From assembly GCA_030141605.1 (NCBI GenBank), contig JAQGDQ010000964.1, forward strand, positions 1 to 64,000: a stretch of 64,000 bases of DNA, written 5' to 3'. Below, piece by piece: positions 40,301 through 52,300 of this stretch (the first letter of the stretch is position 1; each line of letters starts with the position of its first letter). Position numbers and translations under genes: made by a program. The notes under the pieces were generated by a model that did not search any database, had not been told where the DNA came from, and worked only from the letters and a program-made list of their open reading frames with translations. Source of the stretch: Tubiluchus corallicola. Its lineage: Eukaryota; Animalia; Priapulida.

Positions 40301-43300
40301 TAACAATTTATGTAGAGAAACACGATTTTTTTATGTTACAAAACGGACACGTACACAACACTCTTAAACAATATGACAGTGGGGCTATGAATGTCTTATG
40401 TACTGCAGTTCAATCTGTGCGAAGTTCAATTATTCCGTTAGCCAGAAGACAATACTGTTTTTCAGTTGTAAGAAATTTTTCATTTTTAGAGTATAAATTG
40501 CATTTTTGAGCTAGGCGAACTAAATTACATGTATTTTGATTAAATGGACCATAAATTTTTATTTGACTTAGTAGAGATTTTGAGTTAAGCGATGTGTTTT
40601 TGTGGGAAAAACGAAGGATTTCATCCGTTCCACTGAAATTCTTTGAGTTACGCGGAGTTTACCGTATTAGAACACGCCATCCATTTTTGCCTCGGTATTT
40701 GCGCAAAGCTAGCAATCCTTCTCTGTGCACGTGTCATTTAAATCCATGCTACATACATGACATTGGTTCCTAACCTTTTACTAGCTAAGTCCCTTTCGAA
40801 ATTCAACTATCTCCAATTTGAGTTTCAAGAAAACATTTCTTACTACCATTGTGCAGTTTTATTAGACTTTAATTTAATTTTGAAAACAAACAAAATACGC
40901 AAAAGCCCTTATTTTCAATTTACACATGTTTTCATTTGTAGTATTCTCTCTACTCATACTCCTTCTTAAAAATCCCCTTATTTTCAATTTATTTCCGAAT
41001 TGAAGAACAAAATGCAAGAAAAAAGATGATCGGATGTCAAATCAGAAGTCCAACTTCAAGTCGAACAATTGTGTCGCAAAAACAATGACGTTTCAAAATA
41101 CAAACAATCATGATGTCTAAAGATTTAAATCTTGTAACTCTTTCCTTATACCACGAGGCCATTACTCCCGTAAAATTCCTACTCCGTAAGTGTACGCTGT
41201 ACGGCAAAACGTTCTAACGTGTTACACGACACTACTTCTGCGTACCCCTGGCTTAGCACAGCTGTTTCGCAACCCCAAGGAGTACTCGTACCCTAGGTTA
41301 GCACACCAGAATCGTTTCTTAAACACAAGAAGAAAAACAGCAATAATAAGCAAAACGAACAGACAGAAAAGTTATCAAGAATTTTCCACATTTGTAAGGT
41401 ACAGGTAAACTTCCAATACTCTGCATAAATTTCAACTTCACACCTGGCTTAATTCTAAGTTGTCGTAACCTGAGAGGTCCCACAAGTCGACTAGTGATAT
41501 CCGCTGCATATCCAGGAGGTGCGGTTTCACCGTTGTACAAGGTCTTCAAGTATAAACTTGGCTCAAGCGTGTTGCTGATGTAATCCCACATGCTTTCTGT
41601 GTCAGATATCTAAAATAGTATAAAAAATTGCAATAATTATACTTGAATGAAACAACATGAACTACATCTGCTCAATATACACTTGAGTTTTTTAACGTGA
41701 ACTATTTGTGCTCAGGAGATTCTTGAATCACACAACATGAACTGCATGCGTTAAGCACATACATGAGTGAAACAACATGAACTACATGTGCTCAATATAC
41801 ACTTGAGTAAATCAACATTCAACGTGAACTATTTGTGCTCAGAACATACTTGAATCACACAACATGAATTGCATGTGTTAAGCACATACATGAGTGAAAC
41901 AACATGAACTACATCTGCTCAATATAAACTTGAGTAAATCAACGTGAACTATTTGTGCTCAGAACATACTTGATTCACACAACATGAACTGCATACGTTA
42001 AGCACATACATGAGTGAAACAACATGAACTACATGTGCTCAATATAAACTTGAGTAAATCAACGTGAACTATTTGTGCTCAGAACATACTTGAATCACAC
42101 AACATGAACTGCATGCGTTAAGCACATACATGAGTGAAACAACATGAACTACATCTGCTCAATATACACTTGAGTAAATCAACGTGAACTATTTGTGCTC
42201 AGAACATACTTGATTCACACAACATGAACTGCACGCGTTAAGCACATACATGAGTGAAACAACATGAACTACATCTGCTCAATATACACTTGAGTAAATC
42301 AACGTGAACTATTTGTGCTCAGAACATACTTGATTCACACAACATGAACTGCACGCGTTAAGCACATACATGAGTGAAACAACATGAACTACATCTGCTC
42401 AATATACACTTGAGTAAATCAACGTGAACTATTTGTGCTCAGAACATACTTGAATCACACAACATGAACTGCATGCGTTAAGCACATACATGAGTGAAAC
42501 AACATGAACTACATCTGCTCAATATACACTTGAGTAAATCAACGTGAACTATTTGTGCTCAGAACATACTTGATTCACACAACATGAACTGCACGCGTTA
42601 AGCACATACATGAGTGAAACAACATGAACTACATGTGCTAAGCACACAATTGAGTGAAACAACAAACTATACGTGCTCAATATGTACTTTAATGAAACAA
42701 CAAGAACTTTAATGTGCCCACAACATATTTGAGCAATACAACGTGAATCACAGGCGGCAAATACATACTTGAATTAAACAACATGGCATACAGGTGCTAA
42801 TAAACACTTGAGAGGAACAACAAACGACATGAGCTCAATACATACTCGACTGGAACAACATGAACTACACGTGTTGTTAGTCGTAAGTGTACCTGAGTGT
42901 AAGTCGTATTTCCATAGTAATTAGCTTTAATTACTAAATCCTCAACTGTACCGGTTACCAGATATGATCTGAAAATACATAATTGTCATATGTAATTGAA
43001 TACATTTCATTTATTTAATGTATTACAGTCAACCTCGGGTATAAGGTACTTGCTTAGGGAACACCAACACCGGCCCCAGTTTTTCGTAACGTTTTTCCTA
43101 TGTAAAAATCTTCGTACATAAGTTACTCGAATATAAGGCACTTTCGGTTATAAGGGATGATATCTTCAGGTCCCGCATAATAGAAACCCAGACAAATTAC
43201 CTCGCATATAAGGGACCCTATGATCAAAGCAAAATTCATCGATTTTCAACCTCAATTTTTTTGCCAACTTAGCATTCGAACAGCTCAGTTTCTGCAGTCA

Positions 43301-46300
43301 CATACATCTCCCATCACTGAAGGAGCTTCCTGCATACCGTTTGCACTGAATGTGTAGCAATAATCCATAAAAACATGGGCAAAAGTACAGAAAAGTACAG
43401 GTCCAGATACTCATCTTCAGCTATAAGGGACATTGGATATAAGGGACGGTTTTTTCCGGTGCGGAGGTGTCCCTTATATCCGAGGTTGACTGTATTTTCT
43501 TTGCACAAGTACTTTCCAAAACAGACTAAACTAAATAGACTATGCAACAATGAAACGTGAAAAAAAGAAAAATATGCAACGATGATCAACCAAATATGTA
43601 AAGCATTTAACTAACCGATTGAAACATAAACAAATTAGAAATTCAAGTCAAACCGAAAGAAGAAAATAAAACATAAATAAAAAATCAGTAAAAAAAAGAA
43701 AATTTGCATGATAAAATCAAACTAAATGTAATGAAAGGAAAATATGCAGTTGTGATTATATGCAATTATGTTAAGCTTAATGCCAAAAGGACTATAAACT
43801 AATATAGAGAAGCAGAAATGGAGTAAACAAAGTATATAATGAAAATCAATTAAAAATTTGACTGCTCGGGTACAAGATAATCAATGGTCTTACACTATGC
43901 AACAGTTGAGCCTACTTCCTGCATTAAAACTTGATTATAATCTAAAAGTTGTCTCAAATTAAAGTAAGTTTGTTCAGGTGCTTAAAACCCACGTGTTTAA
44001 GAGAGACATTTTAAATAGCAATGTCTAATTTTCATTGTGAATGGCATCTTATGTAACCAACAGTAAACTCCGCGTAACTCAAAATTTCCTCTAACTCATA
44101 TAAAAATTATGGTGCATTTAATCAAAATACGTGTCATTTACTTTGCCTAACTCAAAAGTGCAATTTATACTCTAGAAAAATAAAAAGTTTCGTCTTATGA
44201 TTCTGATAATAAATCGATTATTTTCTGTGGGATTGATCTTTCCGGGAAAGTTTAAGTCGGCTACCACGTAGTAACACTCTAACATTAATCGTTTTTCATT
44301 ACATAAATTGTTATTCTTTTTGCAATTGTCATCAAATCTCGTCGTTTATGTATAGAAGAGTGGAAACCTAGCCACTGGGGGGGGGGGGGCAAGCCAGCCC
44401 ATCTCAGTGCCGGTCCCAAGCCCGGATAAATAGGGAGGGTTAGCGTCAGGAAGGGCATCCGCATGTAAAAACTGCGCCAAAACCTTCTATGAATGAGTCG
44501 GTGAGACTTAAAGGTAAAGTCCGCAAAGAAGTGGTCAGACCCGCTCTATCTATGGGCTGGAAGCAGCTTCTCTAAAGAAGACCGAAGAGAAGAAAATGGG
44601 TGTGGTGGAGATGAGGATGTTGAGATGGATGGTAGGAATAACAAGAAGAGATAAAATTAGAAATAATAATATCAGAGGAACAGTAAAAGTAGTGGAAGCC
44701 TCGCTAGATTGTGATGGTATGGACACCTGAAAAGAAGAGTCGGTGAAGATCAGGTGGGAAGGGAAGACATAAATGAAGAGATGGTCAACAACAGGAATGC
44801 GTGGAGAAGACTCATTCACAACGGCGACCCCGCATAGGGAAAAGCTGGGAAGAAGAAGAAGAAGATGTATAGAAGGGTGGACTTTCTGCTTTCTAGTTAG
44901 CTCGCCGTCTGGAGGAGGGGTTTAGAGTTTCTATGCTAGAAAACGCTCAACATCGCCCAACTCAAAGTTTTTTCGGTCGGGTTGAATTGGAGTTAAGCGG
45001 AGTTTACTGTACTTATGCCGTGACTCAGTGACGATGTCATGACTCAAATAATAAGAATTAGCAGCAGAAGCAGCAGCAACAACAACAACATAACTACTTG
45101 CCTAGGATCAATCAAGTGGTGGGCAATGATAGTCAAAAGAATGGCAAAGGCGGTGAAAAGACCGAGTTCCTTGATAATTCCATCCATCTTACGTACGTAT
45201 CTACGATTCTGTCTTGTCTGAACGACCATAGATGCCCTTGGTGGACGATACTGCTGCCGCCTTTGCAGATTGCTGAAAAAAACATTTAACGTAAATTTGA
45301 AATTTTTTGACACATCTGTACCATGTGTATGACTACAATGCTTAAACAACTGTTTGCACTAAGTGAGTCGATTTGCATAGTGGCTGAATCCATTAGATGT
45401 TCCTTCATAAACATCTATCTAAATGATGCCAGGTCTATTGAAATCATTTAAAAAGCATTTCAAAATGCACCTAATATATTTACTTTCTTTCATATTTCCC
45501 CCCATACTGTTTCCAGTCTTGTGCATAGAGTAAGGCTTCACGACTTCTCGGTTAGCGACGTTTCATTTTAAGGAAGACGTTTCATTTTTTATTTCATTTT
45601 TTTTTGGTTTATTTACCTAATATATTTTGGTTTATTAGCCAGCAGTAGCAGTTTTTACTGAAATAATGTAATAAGGTTATAGGCAGCGTGCAATGGATGA
45701 TGTCAGAACAATGGCTTTGCGTTAGCAGTTTTCCAAGCTAAAATTGCCAAAAATAGAACATCTAATTAACTCGTTGTCACTCCTCTTGCCTGCACCTGCC
45801 CTAAAATATAACCCACATCATCGTGTAGCCCTGTTGTTATTCTTTCCAAAGAGCTATTTATCTCCTTCCAAGAGTCTCACTGAATACCACTACACGTTTT
45901 TTCTACAATCTGTTTGGCCAAAATTTCGAAAAATTGGGAGTTTGGTACGGGGAAAACGCCCATAGCGGGACGCCGCGGTCATCCCGCGAAATTTGAATAC
46001 GACTATTACACCCACCATTGAATGAGCTATCTAATTACACCACTCGTGGCCCATTCCTGATCAAGACTGATCAATAATGCTGACCATTTGTATCAAGCAA
46101 GAGAGAGCGGGAGCAAACTTTATGGAAAGTAATCTTGCCTGCAACCTGTTGTTATAGCAACCAGACTAAGTTTCTAGATAAAATTCCCAAGATTGCCGCC
46201 CAAGTACTTGGCTTTGACTCTGTTGCAGTGTTTAGTGTTTAATGGCTGCCTAGACTTAAACATCGACTAAAGAGAAACCACTAGCTAGGTAAGTAAGATA

Positions 46301-49300
46301 TATAGGTAGTTTCAAGGAAGCAGAAAAAAATTAATTAGTAGAAACACACGGAAAACTGATAAAACGTTTAATTTATGATTTAAGCAATATTGATTTTTGC
46401 CTGTGGAATATATCCCAATTCTTTTACATTACAGTCTACGGAAGTTTTGTCTTCGTTTAACGACGTTTCGGTTAACGTCACATTTTGCTGGAATGCATTA
46501 GCGTCGTTAAACGAGGACTTACTGTAAATGGCAGTGAGGAACAGTACTGTTACTGTTCACTTAGATTTGCCATATTGCCCAAAAATGAATTAGTAAATCA
46601 CAGTTTACTCACATCAACTAACACAAACAAGTTTTGATCAATTAACTTACGACAAACCTTTTGCACTCCTCGACTATCTCGGTTCCCACCTCCGGCCGGC
46701 TCGGCCGCTTTACCTCTGTCGTCCGCTGCTCCAGCTCCACGGGTTTCTTAAACAACACGGCTAATATGGCCGCCGCTGCCATCACCTTGATGGGTTCGGA
46801 TATGAACACGCCCTGAATAACTGAAGCCATTTGAGAGACCAACCATTCCGTGCTTTTCTTCAACCCAAACTTCAGACCGTACAGCATGATAAAGAACGAT
46901 GCGGTGATCGAAGACGCATAAACCGTAACCCAGGCGATGTACACGCACCACCAGGGAAACTTAAACGGAGGTTTGTTTTTCCTCTTCTCCTCTTCCTCCT
47001 GTTCCTTCTTCTCCTGTCTCTCCTTCCACCTGGCATACCACTTTGAAAAAGGCCGAGGCAGTAGGCGTTCCAACCCCCCTTCCTCCTCCTCTATCTCAAA
47101 ATCAAACCCCGCCCACTCTTCAAACGGATCGATACCAGAATGTATTACGTGAACTCCGGCAAAGCTGCCCGCAGGTAGTTTAAAAGTCGATCCCACTTTT
47201 TTGCGCTGTTCTCTTCTCCTTCTTTCTTCCGCTTTCCGTTCCAATTTGAACCGTCTCTCTAGTTGCGTCACCTCACTAGACAAACTCCTCATATTCCGCG
47301 TCACGTCTAATACATCATTTTCCTCTTCCACGTTGCTATCTCTAATCCACTCTAGCCACTCGTTCTCATTTGCAAACGGCAGTTCTTCAGCTTCCTACAA
47401 TGAAAAGTTTACAAATCTCTGTGGTTACAATTCACTAAAAATTTACATCGAACAATCCAAATAACTTTAGCAAAATTTTTTGTTACTGTGCAAAAATTTT
47501 TGCTGTTACAAATAAAGACAGAAAACTTTGGAACTGCCTTATGAATGATGATAAATTGATGATCACAAATACAGTAAGTCCTCGCATAACGACGCTTCGT
47601 TTTAACGATGCCGATCGTTTTTACACCTCTTTTCACTTAACGATACACGTCTCGTTTTAACGACGATTTTTTTATTTTTCTCAAGGCAAATTTTTATGTG
47701 ATCAACAAAATTTTTACCAAATTTGATGCATTAAAAATCAGTACATATTGCGATATTCGGTTCTAAAAATGCACTAGTAATGTAAACAGAGCAATTATTA
47801 TACATGTTTTTACTTGTTGACTGACTACTGACACTACTACTGTGTTACTAGCAGTTTGTATCAACTGTCAAGTGACCAGGGAGCAATTTTGCCTGCAACC
47901 TGTTGCTTTAGCAACTAGACTAAGTAAATAGGTAAAATTCCCAAGGTTGCCCCCAGGGCTTTGGTTTGACTCTGCAGTGTTTATTGTTTAACAGCTGACT
48001 AGAATTAAACATTAGTGAAAGAGAAAGCTAGGTATTGCTAAGTAAAATATGTAGATGGTTTCAGGCAAACAGGAAGACATTAATCAGTAGAAATATGAAT
48101 AAAACTCATAGAATGTTTAACTTATATGATTTAAGCTGTATTGATTTTTGTGTCTGAATCTCAATTCTTTTGCTTTACCTAGTATGGAGGTCTTGGCTTC
48201 GTTTAACGACATTTTACTTAACTTTGCATTTTTCTGGAATGCATTAGCGTAGTTAAGCGAAGACTTACTGTGCATGTTTCTCCGAAATTTCTTAAAACTT
48301 TTTTTTTAGAATAAATTTCACTTTTTTGGACAATATGTAAATAAGATTTTTGAAGAAACTGCAGTTGTAGTTCTCTTATTGTTTCTTTAACATAGACACT
48401 TCTCTGGGTGTACTCGTTTTAGTGCTGCTTTCATTATTTTAGTCTGAAATCACTTATAACTGCAATTTCTTTCTTCTGCTGTCTTTACCACAGATGCTCT
48501 TTCCATTACAGTGGCGGCTTGCGTATAGGCACTGTGGAACAGCAGCACTTCCTATTTTCACTCAATATTATCTTTATTCAGTTCTTTCTTTATACTTGTA
48601 CGGAACCAGAGTACACGAGGGTAGTACTGTTTGCTTCACAGTCCAGCACAGAGGTGTGTTTCTTTATACTTGTACGGAACCAGAGTACACGAGGGTAGTA
48701 CTGTTTGCTTCACAGTCCAGCACAGAGGTGTGTTTCTTTATACTTGTACGGAACCAGAGTACACGAGGGTAGTACTGTTTGCTTCACAGTCCAGCACAGA
48801 GGTGTGTTTCTTTATACTTGTACGCAACCAGAGTACACGAGGGTAGTACTGTTTGCTTCACAGTCCAGCACAGAGGTGTGTTTCTTTATACTTGTACGGA
48901 ACCAGAGTACACGAGGGTAGTACTGTTTGCTTCACAGTCCAGCACAGAGGTGTGTTTCTTTATACTTGTACGGAACCAGAGTACACGAGGGTAGTACTGT
49001 TTGCTTCACAGTCCAGCACAGAGGTGTGTTTCTTTATACTTGTACGGAACCAGAGTACACGAGGGTAGTACTGTTTGCTTCACAGTCCAGCACAGAGGTG
49101 TGTTTCTTTATACTTGTACGCAACCAGAGTACACGAGGGTAGTACTGTTTGCTTCACAGTCCAGCACAGAGGTGTGTTTCTTTATACTTGTACGGAACCA
49201 GAGTACACGAGGGTAGTACTGTTTGCTTCACAGTCCAGCACAGAGGTGTGTTTCTTTATACTTGTACGGAACCAGAGTACACGAGGGTAGTACTGTTTGC

Positions 49301-52300
49301 TTCACAGTCCAGCACAGAGGTGTGTTTGGCTGTTGCGCACTTGTCTGAGGTAACAAGCAGTATGCTGCACTGCTAGCATCTGCTGCTAGGTAGAGAAAGT
49401 GCTGTCACTCACACAGTTTGTTGCCAGTTGTCGCGTGCTTACCCACAAACGGATCAAGTTTAAACTGCGACAATTTAGGCTATTAGAAAGCAAAAAATAT
49501 TTTTTCTTCAGGATTTTATCAAGTTAATGCATAAACTTTTGCGTGTTTGTTTGCTAAAAATTAAAATTATAAACGACAATAATAAAATAACACACGTTTA
49601 TTTCATTTTACACAGTATTAAAACAATGGGTAAAAAATTTCTGAAACAGCACCCCCACTAATTTTAGCTACAAGCCGGCCGACCACTGCTCTAATAATTA
49701 CAAACACATGTGCCTTCAAGAAAAGTGTTAATATAATCCGTCTGTTTCTAAAAAACTAGTTGCATAAATTCCACTTCTCTGGGTCTGCAATCACATTTTC
49801 ATTCTCCAAATGTAGCCCGTTGTCATGAGCATGAAATGGCTCATGTCATGTTTAGGGACTAGTTTTGTTGCCACAACTAGCGAGAATGCGAACAACTTAC
49901 TCAAATCAGCACGACAAGCATAAACTCACTGAGTGCCAATCAACACAGGTTGATTTAACATGTGAACAACTTACTCAAATCAGCACGACAAGCATAAACT
50001 CAACAAGTGTCAATCAACACAGGTTGATTCAACATGTGAACAACTTACTCAAATCAGCACGACAAGCATAAACTCACTGAGTGCCAATCAACACAGGTTG
50101 ACTCAACACGTGAACAACTTACTCAAATCAGCACGACAAGCATAAACTCACTGAGTGCCAATCAACACAGGTTGACTCAACACGTGAACAACTTACTCAA
50201 ATCAGCACGACAAGCATAAACTCACTGAGTGCCATTCAACACAGGTTGATTCAACACGTGAACAACTTACTCAAATCAGCACGACAAGCATAAACTCACT
50301 GAGTGCCAATCAACACAGGTTGACTCAACATGTGAACAACTTACTCAAATCAGCACGACAAGGATAAACTCACTGAGTGCCAATCAGCACAGGTTGACTC
50401 AACATGTGAACAACTTACTCAAATCAGCACGACAAGGATAAACTCACTGAGTGCCATTCAACACAGGTTGACTCAACATGTGAACAACTTACTCAAATCA
50501 GCACGACAAGCATAAACTCACTGAGTGCCAATCAACACAGGTTGACTCAACATGTGAACAACTTACTCAAATCAGCACGACAAGGATAAACTCACTGAGT
50601 GCCATTCAACACAGGTTGACTCAACACGTGAACAACTTACTCAAATCAGCACGACAAGCATAAACTCACTGAGTGCCATTCAACACAGGTTGATTCAACA
50701 TGTGAACAACTTACTCAAATCAGCACGAGCATAAACTCATTGAGTGCCAATCATCGCAGGTTGACTCAACATGTGAACAACTTACTCAAATCAGCACGAC
50801 AAGCATAAACTCACTGTGTGCCAATCAACACAGGTTGACTCAACACGTGAACAACTTACTCAAATCAGCACGACAAGCATAAACTCACTGAGTGCCAATC
50901 AACACAGGTTGACTCAACACGTGAACAACTTACTCAAATCAGCACGACAAGCATAAACTCACTGAGTGCCAATCAACACAGGTTGACTCAACACGTGAAC
51001 AACTTACTCAAATCAGCACGACGAGCATAAACTCACTGAGTGCCAATCAACACAGGTTGACTCAACACGTGAACAACTTACTCAAATCAGCACGACAAGC
51101 ATAAACTCACTGAGTGCCAATCAACACAGGTTGACTCAACACGTGAACAACTTACTCAAATCAGCACGACAAGCATAAACTCACTGAGTGCTGATCAACA
51201 CAGGTTGACTCAACACGTGAACAACTTACTCAAATCAGCACGACAAGCATAAACTCACTGAGTGCCGATCAACACAGGTTGACTCAACACGTGAACAACT
51301 ACTCAAATCAGCACGACAAGCATAAACTCACTGAGTGGCAATCAACACAGGTTGACTCAACACGTGAACAACTTACTCAAATCAGCACGACAAGCATAAA
51401 CTCACTGAGTGCCAATCAATGCAGGTTGACTCAACATGTGAACAACTTACTCAAATCACCACGACAAGCATAAACTCACTGAGTGCCAATCAACACAGGT
51501 TGACTCAACATGTGAACAACTTACTCAAATCAGCACGACAAGCGTAAACTCACTGAGTGCCGATCAACACAGGTTGACTCAACATGTGAACAACTTACTC
51601 AAATCAGCACGACAAGCGTAAACTCACTGAGTGCCGATCAACACAGTTTGACTCAACATGTGAAAAACTACTCAAATCAGCACGACAAGCATAAACTCAC
51701 TGAGTGCCAATCAACACAGTTTGACTCAACATGTGAACAACTTACTCAAACCAGCACGACAAGCATAAACTCACTGAGTGCCAATCAATGCAGGTTGACT
51801 CAACATGTGAACAACTAACTCAAATCACCACGACAAGCATAAACTCACTGAGTGCCAATCAACACAGGTTGATTCAACATGTGAACAACTTACTCAAATC
51901 AGCACGACAAGCATAAACTCACTGAGTGCCAATCAACACAGGTTGACTCATCATGTGAACAACTTACTCAAATCAGCACGACAAGCATAAACTCACTGAG
52001 TGCCAATCAATGCAGGTTGACTCAACATGTGAACAACTTACTCAAATCAGCACGACAAGCATAAACTCACTGAGTGCCAATCAACACAGGTTGACTCAAC
52101 ATGTGAACAACTTACTCAAATCACCACGACAAGCATAAACTCACTGAGTGCCAATTAACGCAGGTTGATTCAACATGTGAACAACTTACTCAAATCACCA
52201 TGACAAGCATAAACTCACTGAGTGCCAATCAACACAAGTTGATTCAACATGTGAACAACTTACTCAAATCAGCACGACAAGCATAAACTCACTGAGTGCC

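Larger units (their letters stand above)
44061..45009. mobile_element. TA-flanked Tc1/mariner(pogo)-type MITE hosting the RTE insertion
   Basis: TIRs CAGTAAACTCCGCGTAACTC / GAGTTAAGCGGAGTTTACTG; same family as the copies at 39447 and 40155. Confidence 0.75.

Noticed and set aside
48494-49376. Nine staggered, near-identical ORFs of about 71 aa
   Set aside because: Artefact of a 74-bp tandem repeat cycling through frames inside a MITE.
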